Shown piece after piece: positions 20,108 through 29,486 of a stretch of 64,000 nucleotides of DNA. Position 1 is the first letter of the stretch. The number at the start of each line of letters is the position of its first letter. The notes under the pieces were generated by a model. The model was not told the DNA's origin, made no database searches, and saw nothing but the letters and a program-made list of their open reading frames with translations. The position numbers and the translations under genes were made by a program. The DNA is from Deltaproteobacteria bacterium. GTDB lineage: Bacteria > SAR324 > NAC60-12. The stretch is from positions 32,001 through 96,000 of the forward strand of contig JAYOTF010000003.1 of the NCBI GenBank assembly GCA_038150265.1. The letters are read 5' to 3'.

Positions 20108-21244
20108 CTACCCTCCAATTTCTTTGGTCAGACGACTCTGAAGCTGGGGCACTCCGGCTTGATTGGAGATGGACCGCAGGCGCTCCACCGCCTCCTTGAC
20201 CATGGCCTTGTGCTCCTCCGGAGGGTCGACCTTGAAGAGCCGGTAGGCGGCGGATTTCATTTGACAGAGTTGCCCGAACTTGAAGAGGATCGCGACCTCC
20301 ACCGGTTGCCGGGGCGTCGCTCCCACCTTCTTCATCGCTCGCTTGATGGCCGCAAGCGCCATTGCCGAGCTTTGCAGACCGTCGTGCTTGGCAGACTCGT
20401 CCTGACTCAACGAGCCCTGGAGGATCCGCAAGCGTGCCTGAATCTCGAGGATGCGAGCGTCGTGGTAGCCCGTGAGTGGATTGTTCCGCTCCAGTCGCTG
20501 CATCGGGTCCATGATGTTCCGGCGCGCTTTTTCCGCAGGAGGAATAAACGCCAGGGCTTTCAGCATCGGATCAACGCCATACTTGATGTCACCAAAGAGT
20601 ATTTTTCCCGACAGCATCAATTCCCGCGTATTCAATTCGTAGTCGTTTTCATCCTGCGGAACTTTCAACAATTGAGCGCATTCCTGCAGAAAGGAAACCC
20701 CACTTTTTGTTCGCTGAACCTGCTCCTTGATCATCGAGTCCGCGCCCCCGGACTGTAGCCGCATCAGGTCCCGCTTGAAGAACGCATACAGGCTGGCAAA
20801 GTAACGGAACTGCGCCTTCCCCGCCACCCGGATGCGCTGGAGGGTGAGGACGTCGCCATCCAGCTCCACGAGCGTCAGCAGGTAGGCGTCACGTGCCGCC
20901 ACCAGATCATCCTTGCGGCAGTTATCCAAAAAGTGCTGAACCAGCCCCAATCGCATCTCGGTGTTCCCCGGATCCGAAGCCAGTTTTTCGGAGTACGCGC
21001 GGGCCACATCATCCCCAATGATGGCAGCCAGGCGGCTACCGAAGGCATCCATTTCATTGGCCTGCCCTGACTTGCCTCCATGAACCGACAGCCCCTGCAA
21101 GACGCCGGAAACGATTCGACTCTTGCGGTGGCTCCGGACCTGAGACGCCGGTTTTTCGACGTCTTTACGGAGCGCCTCAAATACCGCAAATGGGGAGATG
21201 ACTTCAGGGAGTTCTCGAAGAGATGTTGCGATTTGCTCTGCCAA
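20108..21244 (-). CDS. Hypothetical alpha-helical protein (378 aa)
   Basis: Long ORF with protein-like composition filling the gap; TTG start; no motif recognised. Confidence 0.7.
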   Translation of the reverse strand: MAEQIATSLRELPEVISPFAVFEALRKDVEKPASQVRSHRKSRIVSGVLQGLSVHGGKSGQANEMDAFGSRLAAIIGDDVARAYSEKLASDPGNTEMRLGLVQHFLDNCRKDDLVAARDAYLLTLVELDGDVLTLQRIRVAGKAQFRYFASLYAFFKRDLMRLQSGGADSMIKEQVQRTKSGVSFLQECAQLLKVPQDENDYELNTRELMLSGKILFGDIKYGVDPMLKALAFIPPAEKARRNIMDPMQRLERNNPLTGYHDARILEIQARLRILQGSLSQDESAKHDGLQSSAMALAAIKRAMKKVGATPRQPVEVAILFKFGQLCQMKSAAYRLFKVDPPEEHKAMVKEAVERLRSISNQAGVPQLQSRLTKEIGG

Positions 21245-21350
21245 AATCTAACTCGTTGAGAGGACCGAATAAGCCAGAAGACGCTAAGGGAACTCTACCA
21301 GCTTTGCAAGTTGTTTACACCACTCGCAATCCGGAGAAACCCGGATTTCT

Positions 21351-22340
21351 TCACTCAGGAAGACAGGTTTCATGCAAGCGCGCCAGCTCCTTGCGTTTTC
21401 CCAGTACAATAACCGTATCCTGCTCCTGAAGAAAGGTCTCTCCACTCACATCAAAGTGCCGCTCGCCTTTCCGGATCACCGCCAGGATTTTGACAAAGCT
21501 GCTCAAATGCAGCTCGCTCAGTTTTTTCCCGGCAATGGCCGAACGGTCCGGAAGCTGGATCTGATCCAGCGCCCAGTCATCGTTGTCAATGTCGAGTGCA
21601 AAGCCGAGGAAGTCCATCACGTCCGGACGGAGCAGCGTGTGCACCACCTGGAAGCCTCCGAGCTCAAAGGGAGAGAGGACGCGGTTCGCTCCCGCGCGGA
21701 CCAGCTTCTTCTCCATCATGGGCTCAGAGGCCCACGCGACAATGTTGAGGCTCGGGTTCAGCTGCCGGGCCGAGAGCACCAAAAAGGCATTGTCGGCATC
21801 ATCCCCCAGGATCGCGATCAGCCCCTTCGCCTTGTCAATGCCCGCTTGCTCCAGGAAGTGGTCATCCGTCGCATCTCCATGAATGCTGAGCATCTCCAGC
21901 TCCTCAGCCACACCTACCCGCTCCGAGGCATTCTCAATGACGACAAAGGGGATCTTGTGATTCAGGAGCTGCCGGCACACCGCCCGTCCCTTGCGTCCCA
22001 GGCCGCAGACAATGTAGTGGCCCTGCAGTTGTTTCATGTACCGCTCCTTCTTGAGTTTCCGGACCAGCGTGTGGATGCCCCCCTCGGTGATGAAGGAAAA
22101 GACGGAGGCAATCGAGTAGGCCACCGTTCCCAAGCTAACAAAAATCAGGACAATGGTGAACATCCGTCCACCAAAGCTCAGGGGCTGAGTCTCTCCGTAC
22201 CCGACCGACGAGATGGTGATGATCGTCATGTAGAGCGCGTCCTGCCAGTCCCATCCCTCAATGAAGATGTATCCGATGGTACCGGTCAGCACCACAACCG
22301 GGGGCAACAGGGTCAGCCAGAGGAGTCGACCAAAAATCAT
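21351..22340 (-). CDS. RCK-gated potassium channel (MthK/TrkA-N+C type)
   Basis: Two TMs with pore ISSVGYGE; RCK HYIVCGLGRKG and GDATDD; TrkA-C; start ATG 22340. Confidence 0.93.
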   Translation of the reverse strand: MIFGRLLWLTLLPPVVVLTGTIGYIFIEGWDWQDALYMTIITISSVGYGETQPLSFGGRMFTIVLIFVSLGTVAYSIASVFSFITEGGIHTLVRKLKKERYMKQLQGHYIVCGLGRKGRAVCRQLLNHKIPFVVIENASERVGVAEELEMLSIHGDATDDHFLEQAGIDKAKGLIAILGDDADNAFLVLSARQLNPSLNIVAWASEPMMEKKLVRAGANRVLSPFELGGFQVVHTLLRPDVMDFLGFALDIDNDDWALDQIQLPDRSAIAGKKLSELHLSSFVKILAVIRKGERHFDVSGETFLQEQDTVIVLGKRKELARLHETCLPE

Positions 22341-23266
22341 GGGCCCGTTCCTCGTTCCCAGCGCTCCAGCACCCGCCGTAGCTGTTCCGGAGGGCATTGA
22401 AACTGACGAGCCTTCGGCGGAACCAGCACCTCATGCCCGCGTCCTCCTGTGGCCTGCACCAGCTGTTCGTAACAGCCGCCCCCACTCTTGCGGACCGGGC
22501 GGATCTCCAGCACCCGTGTCTGCGGAGGCGCAAAGAGCAGGTTGGTCAGCCCGGCTCCATGCGGAGCCACCACCCACTCAGCCTGGCGAAACAGCGCCAC
22601 TTGCTCTGGAATTGAATGAGTTTCCAGCATCACCGGTTCCACACCAAAGGACTCCATGACAGGTAACAGTTCCGACTCATTGACCAGGTGCCGCCGCGTT
22701 GCCTGAGCCCGGGAAAGGTACACCCGCCGCCGACGTTTGAGGGGCTGAGGCGGCACCACCTCTTCAAAAAACCGCTGCAGCCGCTGAGCCTTGGCCACCG
22801 ACCACTCCTCCGCTTCATGCCCCGGAACCCAGAGCGCCTCCGGGACCCAGGCTCCCGGCTTCAGGCGCTGCACCGGCCATCCGGATGCCGTCAGGAAGGC
22901 TTCAAACGCCTGCGGCCAATCGGGACGAACCAGCACCGGAAGCCGGGGGGCCAGGAGCAGTTCCGGAAGCAGGTCGGTCAGCAGGTGGTAGTAACTGTTC
23001 AGGTGCGGGTGCAGCCCCCAGTGAAAGGTGCCGGAGAGTTCCTGGGCCTGCTCGAGCTGCGGCAACGCCTCACGCAGCCGCCACCCCATGTGCCGAAACG
23101 CCTTGCCCTGAGTCGGGTTTTCCTCCGGGTGGACCCGGCTCCAGCGAAAGCGCTGGAAGTGGAACCACAGCGCCTCGTCTGTCACCACCAGCCCATCCGG
23201 ACTGGAGACCAGGGGCTGCTTCAGCCTCAGCGTGCTTGCCTGCTTCATCCAGATTTTGCGTTGCAC
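22337..23266 (-). CDS. Glycosyltransferase family 61 (DUF563)-like protein
   Basis: NSYYHLLTDLLP, YLSR...RRHLVNE, EQVALFRQAEWVVAPHGAGLTNLLF, VLEI. Confidence 0.85.
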   Translation of the reverse strand: MQRKIWMKQASTLRLKQPLVSSPDGLVVTDEALWFHFQRFRWSRVHPEENPTQGKAFRHMGWRLREALPQLEQAQELSGTFHWGLHPHLNSYYHLLTDLLPELLLAPRLPVLVRPDWPQAFEAFLTASGWPVQRLKPGAWVPEALWVPGHEAEEWSVAKAQRLQRFFEEVVPPQPLKRRRRVYLSRAQATRRHLVNESELLPVMESFGVEPVMLETHSIPEQVALFRQAEWVVAPHGAGLTNLLFAPPQTRVLEIRPVRKSGGGCYEQLVQATGGRGHEVLVPPKARQFQCPPEQLRRVLERWERGTGP

Positions 23267-23329
23267 CTCTGCTGAAAGTTCTGCACCCTGAGCCTGTTCC
23301 GCCCCTCACACCGGTCACCAGTCCATCCC

Positions 23330-23869
23330 ATGAGCGAAGTCATTCTCTACACGGCCGTCAGCCTTGATGGCTTCATTGCCCCCGAAGACGGATCCCTCGA
23401 CTGGCTGGAGTCTCCGGACTACCAGACCCCGGAGGTCCGCGAGGAAGACTTCGGCTACGGAAGCCTCCTCGAACAAACCCGGCTGCTGGCCGTTGGGCGC
23501 CTCACCTACGAGCAGATTGCCAGGCAAGGGCAGTGGAACTACCCTGGCCGGGAAACCGTGGTCTTTTCGAGCCAGACGCTCACCGCCCTTCCCGACTCCG
23601 TCACCCAGGCTTCCGGACCTCTGCCCCAGCAGGTTGCCGCCTGGAAGCAGCGACTGAACGGCAACATCTGGCTTGTCGGCGGTGGCGTCTTGAACGGCGC
23701 TTTTCTTCAGGAAGGCCTGATTGACCGCCTGATCCTGACCCTCCTGCCGGTCACCCTGGGTTCCGGAAGACCCCTGTTTGCCGGCGAGACGCGTCCGCAC
23801 CACTGGTCCCTCTGCCGCAATCAGGCGTGGCCCAACGGCTTCACCCAGCTGGAGTATGTACCGCGTTAG
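23330..23869 (+). CDS. Dihydrofolate reductase / RibD C-terminal family protein
   Basis: AVSLDGFIA, GRLTYE, IWLVGGG, LIDRL...PVTLGSGRPLF. Confidence 0.9.
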   Translation: MSEVILYTAVSLDGFIAPEDGSLDWLESPDYQTPEVREEDFGYGSLLEQTRLLAVGRLTYEQIARQGQWNYPGRETVVFSSQTLTALPDSVTQASGPLPQQVAAWKQRLNGNIWLVGGGVLNGAFLQEGLIDRLILTLLPVTLGSGRPLFAGETRPHHWSLCRNQAWPNGFTQLEYVPR

Positions 23870-25466
23870 GCAACTCTGGGCCGCATTCGGGCTCCTGCTG
23901 CTGGGGGGAGTCACGGCTCAGGCCAACGGCCGAACGGCGCTTCAGGCAACGGCCTCTCCGTTTGTCATTCACGACCGGGCTCCCACCACCCCCGCTTCCG
24001 GAAGCGAGGCCACGCTCACACTTGTCCTGACGTCCGACCTCCACGGCTCGCTCCATTCGGCCTCGTCCCAAAAACCTCGGGGGCTGTTGCACCTTGCCCA
24101 GCCCCTGCAGCGCCTGAGGCGCGAGCATCCGGATCTGATTTTGCTGGATGGCGGAGACACCATTCAGGGGGGCCTGACGAACGCCTTCCTGGCCGCTCAC
24201 CCCCGCCAGCAGCTGCCGGTCATCACCCTCATGAATGCCTTGGGTTACGCGGCCACCGTGCTTGGGAACCACGACCTGGAGCCGCCTTCCGACCTGCTGC
24301 AGCACGCGATCCAGCAGTCACACTTTCCCTGGCTCGGGGCCAACGTTCAGGCGGTTGAGTCCGGGGAACCGCTGTTGCCGCCTTACCGGATCTTCGAGCG
24401 CCAGGGCGTCCGGATCGGCGTACTCGGCCTGACCACTCCGGGAATCCCGCTTTGGGTGGATCCGGAACAGTACGAGGGACTGGAGTTTGCGGACCTGCTC
24501 GTCAGCCTGAAGCCGTGGGTCACGGTACTACACGAACGAGAAAAGGTCGATGTCCTCATCGCGCTGCTGCACAGTGGCGACGAGGCCGACTACGACCACT
24601 GGGCAGCCCTCGGCGAGGGCCTCCCGGATCCCAATGCCGCCGGGTTGGTCGCCGACACCGTTGACGGTGTCGATGTCGTGGTCTCCGGACACGCCCACAA
24701 GCTCTTTCCACGCCAGGCCACGACGCGCCTGACGCGCTTCCGCAAGCCGGTCATTTCTCCGGGAAGCCGTGCGCTGGGGATGTCAGTGGTGACCCTCATG
24801 CTGCAGGCCTCGCAGCAGAGGTGGCACCTGGACCGGGTGCAAGCCTACTGGGAACCTGCTGCCGCGCGTCCGGATCCACACCTTCAGGCCAGGGTGCAGG
24901 CGGCTTTGGACCAGGCGGAGCAGTGGGCGCAGGAGCCCACCCGCTGGCGCTTCCGGAACCCTCCTGACCGAAACGAGCTGAATGCGTGCGGCACCTGGCT
25001 CCAGCACCGGGCGGTGGTGGGACCCTCCGGAGGAGCCAGCTTGCTGCCGGCCTGGTGGTTCTGGTTTCGCCTCTCAGCAGAAGCGCCTCACCCACTGGTC
25101 CGGAGGCGGCACCTGCTGCGCTGGATCCGGTACGACAACACGCTCGTGCAGGCGCGCCAGACACGACGGCAGCTGGAGCTTTGGCTCCAGCCCTACCAGC
25201 GTTGGAAAGCAGGGGAGCGGGTCCGGCTCAGCTCGGTTCTGGCACCACACGGGCTGGAGCTTCCGCCTCAGCAGGCTCAGCCGGTTTGGCTGACCAACTA
25301 CCACTGGAACGGCGGCGGTGGGCTGGGCGCCCAGACGTTGCGGCATCCGAGTCAGGTCCTGCAAAAAGACCCGACCCTACTCCGCGATCGCGTGTTTGCC
25401 CTGCTTCAGAATCCGGATTTGCGGCTGCCTCCGGCCTGCTCCTTTCTGGAGCCCGGGACGCCTTAG
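23856..25466 (+). CDS. Secreted metallophosphoesterase (5'-nucleotidase / 2',3'-cyclic phosphodiesterase family)
   Basis: Signal peptide from ATG 23856; TSDLHG, DGGDTIQG, LGNHD, LLHSG, SGHAH; divergent C-terminal domain. Confidence 0.85.
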   Translation: MYRVRQLWAAFGLLLLGGVTAQANGRTALQATASPFVIHDRAPTTPASGSEATLTLVLTSDLHGSLHSASSQKPRGLLHLAQPLQRLRREHPDLILLDGGDTIQGGLTNAFLAAHPRQQLPVITLMNALGYAATVLGNHDLEPPSDLLQHAIQQSHFPWLGANVQAVESGEPLLPPYRIFERQGVRIGVLGLTTPGIPLWVDPEQYEGLEFADLLVSLKPWVTVLHEREKVDVLIALLHSGDEADYDHWAALGEGLPDPNAAGLVADTVDGVDVVVSGHAHKLFPRQATTRLTRFRKPVISPGSRALGMSVVTLMLQASQQRWHLDRVQAYWEPAAARPDPHLQARVQAALDQAEQWAQEPTRWRFRNPPDRNELNACGTWLQHRAVVGPSGGASLLPAWWFWFRLSAEAPHPLVRRRHLLRWIRYDNTLVQARQTRRQLELWLQPYQRWKAGERVRLSSVLAPHGLELPPQQAQPVWLTNYHWNGGGGLGAQTLRHPSQVLQKDPTLLRDRVFALLQNPDLRLPPACSFLEPGTP

Positions 25467-25467
25467 C

Positions 25468-26658
25468 TCAGGTGGTGTAGTCCGCGTTGATGGCGACGTA
25501 CTCCCGGGAAAGGTCGCAGCCCCACACCACTTCCCGGTGGGCTCCGTTTCCGACCACCAACTCAATCGGCACATCTTCGTGCTTCAGCAGCGCTGTGACG
25601 CCGTCCAGGTCAGCCGTTCCGTCTTCCATGTTGGCGGCATCAATCACCAGTCGCTCCGCCCCTCTTCCAAAGTAAATCCTCAGTTCCTCACGCTGAACGG
25701 GGTAGTCAAACGCCTTGCCAATGGCCATCACAAAGCGCCCCCAGTTCGGGTCGGCTCCATGAATGGCGGTCTTGACGAGGGGCGAGTTGATGACGGTTTT
25801 GGCAAGGGTCAACGCCATCTCCGGGCTGTGGGCTCCGGAGACCGTCAGCTCAATGAGCTTGGTCGCGCCTTCACCGTCTCGTGCCAGCTTGCGGGCCAGG
25901 GTCTGGGCCAGGCCTTCGAGGGCCTGCTCAAATGCCTCCGGATCCACGGCTCCGGCCTGTCCGCTGGCCAGCAGGACCACGGTGTCGCTCGTCGAGGTGT
26001 CGGAGTCAACCGAGACGCGGTTGAAGCTCTTGTCCACCACCCGCTTGAGCAACGGCTGCAGGGCTCCTTCCGGAAGTGCGGCATCGGTCACGATGTAGCT
26101 GAGCATGGTGGCCATGTTGGGCTCAATCATCCCGGAGCCCTTGGCCACGCCCAGCACCGTCGCGTTTCCCACCTGAGCCACCGCCCATTTCGGAACCGTA
26201 TCCGTGGTCATGATGGCCCGGGCAAACTGCTCAATGTGCGCAGGCGTGCTTCCCAGGTTGTCTGCAATGCGGGTGAAGCCGCTCCGGATGCGTTCCATCG
26301 GGAGCCGCTTGCCAATCACTCCCGTCGACGAAGGCAGCACACACTCCGGAGCCAGCCCCAGCGCCTCACCAACGCCCCGGCACATTTCCCGAGCATCGGC
26401 GATGCCGCCCTGCCCCGTGGCCACATTGGCATTCTTGGAGTTCACCACCACCGCCTGTAGCCTTCCGGAAGCCACATGCTCACGTCCCACCAAAACCGGA
26501 GCCCCAGGCATGGTGCTTCGTGTGAAGACTGCTGCCGCCTGACACGGGACCTCTGCCGCCAGAACCCCAAAGTCGAGGGTCTGGTCCTTGATCCCCAAAT
26601 TTATTCCCATCCACTGAAAGCCTCGGACTTCTACCAGTGGCGAATTCTCCAAAAACAT
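25468..26658 (-). CDS. argJ: Bifunctional ornithine acetyltransferase / N-acetylglutamate synthase
   Basis: STGVIG, IMTTDT, KGSGMIEPNMATML autocleavage site, DTSTSD, DGEGATK, DPNWGR, YVAINADYTT. Confidence 0.97.
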   Translation of the reverse strand: MFLENSPLVEVRGFQWMGINLGIKDQTLDFGVLAAEVPCQAAAVFTRSTMPGAPVLVGREHVASGRLQAVVVNSKNANVATGQGGIADAREMCRGVGEALGLAPECVLPSSTGVIGKRLPMERIRSGFTRIADNLGSTPAHIEQFARAIMTTDTVPKWAVAQVGNATVLGVAKGSGMIEPNMATMLSYIVTDAALPEGALQPLLKRVVDKSFNRVSVDSDTSTSDTVVLLASGQAGAVDPEAFEQALEGLAQTLARKLARDGEGATKLIELTVSGAHSPEMALTLAKTVINSPLVKTAIHGADPNWGRFVMAIGKAFDYPVQREELRIYFGRGAERLVIDAANMEDGTADLDGVTALLKHEDVPIELVVGNGAHREVVWGCDLSREYVAINADYTT

Positions 26659-26799
26659 GGCACCCTTGTGACGCATTGAGTGAGCAAACGAGAAAGGTTG
26701 GTCCCGGGCGGCGGGGACTCATGAAGGACCACCTGTTTTCCGATCCGCCCCACGGCTCCCAGCCTTTTCCTGAAACCGCACTGGCACCACGCTTCCAAC

Positions 26800-28029
26800 A
26801 TGGCCACACCCCTTCCCGAAGACCTCCAAACTTACGGCATTTCCGACAAACACTACAAGCGGAAGCTCAAGGAGATGACCAAAAAGGATGGGAAGGAGCC
26901 TGATCCGGACTCGGTCGTTGAGGCCCTCTTTCATGACCTCATCAAGGAGGCCCACAACTACGAGGTCCTGCAGGTGCTCTACTGGAACCTCGCCGTCTTC
27001 AAGGACTCCCGGGGCAAGGACTCCTGGAAGGAGCAGCAGCGCTCCCACCAGTGTCGCCTCAAGCAGCTGCAGGAATCGAACACGGAGAAGGTGAAGATCG
27101 TGGCCAGCGCCTGCTGCAACGAGTGCGCAAAGCTCCACAACCAGGTCATCAAGCTCGACAAGGCGCTCCGGACGCTCCCGGTGCCCTACCGGAAGTGTGA
27201 GGGGCACCTCAGCTCCGATCACCGTTGGTGCACCGCCCTCTACATGCCGGCTGAGCCCGACGCGCCTGAAAGCCCTCACCCACCTCCAGCAGATCCCGAT
27301 GTTCCGGAAGAGCCCGAGTTGGCCGATGACGGAGGAAAGAGCGAAAAGGCCGGCGCAGCAGACATCGCAGCCAGTGCCACGGAAGCCGCTCAGGCGGCAG
27401 CGCCGTATGCCCTCACTGCTGCCGGAGTCGCCGGAGGGGTGGCGCTGGCGTTGCTGATGCCGTTGGGCGTTGGGCTGATTCCGGGAATTGCCCTCGCGGT
27501 GTTGAGCCTGAGCTTCATGCCGCAGCTGTGGCGGCCGCTGGCGATGCGCTTTCCGGTGCTTCAGGGAGAGTGGACCCGCCGGGGGCTTTGGGCGCTGCTC
27601 TTGCTGTTACTGCTGCTGCTGGCGCTGCTGCTGCTTTTGCTGGAGGAACCCAAGAAGCCCTCCACCAACCTCAACACCCTTCCGAGCTACTCGGTCAGCA
27701 GCATGGAGGACCGGAGCGTCTCCACGCGAGCCCGCATGCAGGCCACCATTCAGGCTCCCGAGGCGGCCACTCCGCAGGAGTTTGCCCGACTCGCCGCCAA
27801 GGCGGCTCAGGATTTGGCCAACAAGCGAAACTCCGAGGGCAAGCCCTATGAATTTGTCACGGTTGTCCTGGAGGGTCCGGATGGGAAGCCGCTGGCCGTA
27901 GTGGATTATGCACCTGATGGCAAGGGTCGGGAAGGCATCATGAGCGACCGTCCGGAGAATCAGTTTCAGTGGGACATCCGGGTGGCTGACCCGAACACCG
28001 GACAGCTCAATCAGATGCTGAAGCGGTAG
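26800..28029 (+). CDS. Multi-domain membrane protein (Cys-rich N-domain, TM region, C-terminal soluble domain)
   Basis: 409-aa ORF: CCNEC...C...WC cluster, Pro/acidic linker, hydrophobic helices including poly-Leu, then DYAPDGKG-containing domain. Confidence 0.8.
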   Translation: MATPLPEDLQTYGISDKHYKRKLKEMTKKDGKEPDPDSVVEALFHDLIKEAHNYEVLQVLYWNLAVFKDSRGKDSWKEQQRSHQCRLKQLQESNTEKVKIVASACCNECAKLHNQVIKLDKALRTLPVPYRKCEGHLSSDHRWCTALYMPAEPDAPESPHPPPADPDVPEEPELADDGGKSEKAGAADIAASATEAAQAAAPYALTAAGVAGGVALALLMPLGVGLIPGIALAVLSLSFMPQLWRPLAMRFPVLQGEWTRRGLWALLLLLLLLLALLLLLLEEPKKPSTNLNTLPSYSVSSMEDRSVSTRARMQATIQAPEAATPQEFARLAAKAAQDLANKRNSEGKPYEFVTVVLEGPDGKPLAVVDYAPDGKGREGIMSDRPENQFQWDIRVADPNTGQLNQMLKR

Positions 28030-28864
28030 CGTAGTAGTCCCTCAGTGGCAGGTCCGGACGCTGAAGCCAGTTCCAGTCCGGATACTCGGCATCGCCTTCA
28101 ATCACATGCAGGGTGTAGGCGTGCCGGGTGCGGGGAGACCGGTTGGCGTAGCTCAGGTGCGGCAATCGTCCGTGCAGCACCACCAGGGTGCCTTGCTCCA
28201 CCTCCAGCGGCACCAGCTGGTCCAGGTTCCAGGGGCTGGCATCCAGCACCTCCATGGACATGCCGCCCGCGGCGGCTCGCTTAAACAGCGACTTCAGGGG
28301 CGTTTGGTGTCCGCCCGGAATCGCCCACAGGCATCCGTTTTCCTGATCCGCTCGTTCCAGGGCAAACCAGAACCCGGTGACGCTGAGCGGGTCGGTGTAC
28401 AGAAAGGTCCCGTCCTGATGGCACGTCACCTCTCCGCCAATGAAGGGCTGCTTGAAGATGTACATCGATTGCAGCAGCTGCGGCCGCTTCAGTCCCAGCG
28501 CCTGCATCAGCTTCGCCAGCGGCTTCGTGTAGGAAAAACGCTCAAACTCCGGATCCAGGTCGTGCTGGGCGTGGCCGATTTTGTTGAGCGAGTGCTGCTT
28601 GTCCTGACGGAGGTGCTGCTGTTCGTCAAAGGCTTCTTCCTCAAAAAAGAAGCGGATCTGGTCGCCGGAACTGAGGAAGTAGTCATCCGCCCGGCGTGTC
28701 TGTTCGTTGGTGGTGAACAGGCTCCGGTGAGTGGTGGCGTCAAAGGCCTCAACGAGGGCTTCGGTGTGCGTCCGGAGGCGTTCACAGGCCTCCGGCGTCA
28801 CAAAGTTCGGCAGGACCAGGTAGCCTTGTTCGGCAAAGCGGGAAGCAGCATCTTGAGGAATCAT
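28007..28864 (-). CDS. Phytanoyl-CoA dioxygenase family Fe(II)/2OG oxygenase (PHYHD1-like)
   Basis: LNKIGHAQHD, QSMYIFKQP, HQD motif, NGCLWAIPGGH, distal His in HLSYANRS; start ATG 28864. Confidence 0.92.
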   Translation of the reverse strand: MIPQDAASRFAEQGYLVLPNFVTPEACERLRTHTEALVEAFDATTHRSLFTTNEQTRRADDYFLSSGDQIRFFFEEEAFDEQQHLRQDKQHSLNKIGHAQHDLDPEFERFSYTKPLAKLMQALGLKRPQLLQSMYIFKQPFIGGEVTCHQDGTFLYTDPLSVTGFWFALERADQENGCLWAIPGGHQTPLKSLFKRAAAGGMSMEVLDASPWNLDQLVPLEVEQGTLVVLHGRLPHLSYANRSPRTRHAYTLHVIEGDAEYPDWNWLQRPDLPLRDYYATASASD

Positions 28865-29054
28865 GAAATCAGGCAACTTGAGTTCGGTGCGGGAGCCTTC
28901 GGGTCCCCTTACGAGTGTTTGCGGGTTTTCCGAGAATGTGGCAAGGTAAGGCCGCCATTTAATCGCAGTTGACGTCAGGACGCAAGGCTTCCGCCAACTG
29001 CTTTCTGTTCCACAACGGTTCTCCTGCCGAGCCGTTGGTACCATTCCGGACCGC

Positions 29055-29477
29055 ATGCTGGAAGAACGCACCCTGAGTGTCATTCATTACGAGTCTCAGA
29101 CGCAGCAGCACCCTGCTGAAATTCCCTGGAGAACGCAGCGGACGCGGCGTCCGGGAGAAGCCTTTCGGCTGGAGAGCACAGACGACCCCGTCTCGGATGC
29201 CATGGCCCGCAACGACTACTGTCCGATTGAGCTGGCGGCCTTTCACAGCCCCAACGAGGGCATGCTTTCCTTACGGGTGTTTGCCAGCGCCGTGGGTCGG
29301 ACGCCCCACAGCTACCTGGCCCTCCTGCGCCTGGGGGGGCAGCAACACATCTACTACTTCACCGGGCCGGTGGCGCTCATGGAGTTCATGCGCTACACCA
29401 TGGCAGGCATCAAGGCCATTGAGCCGCTGACGGATCCGGAGCAGTGGCCCCCCTGGTCCATTCCTTCACAGCTGTAA
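29055..29477 (+). CDS. Hypothetical protein (140 aa)
   Basis: ORF ends 9 bp before the ATPase gene; codon usage typical of the window. Confidence 0.65.
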   Translation: MLEERTLSVIHYESQTQQHPAEIPWRTQRTRRPGEAFRLESTDDPVSDAMARNDYCPIELAAFHSPNEGMLSLRVFASAVGRTPHSYLALLRLGGQQHIYYFTGPVALMEFMRYTMAGIKAIEPLTDPEQWPPWSIPSQL

Positions 29478-29486
29478 GACACGACC

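Noticed and set aside
23267..23330. Upstream in-frame TGAs of the GT61 gene as possible Sec codons
   Set aside because: No redox motif or hairpin seen; treated as ordinary upstream stops.
26781..26797. TGGCAC-containing sigma54-like site before 26800
   Set aside because: The -12 element reads TTCC and lies only a few bases from the ATG.
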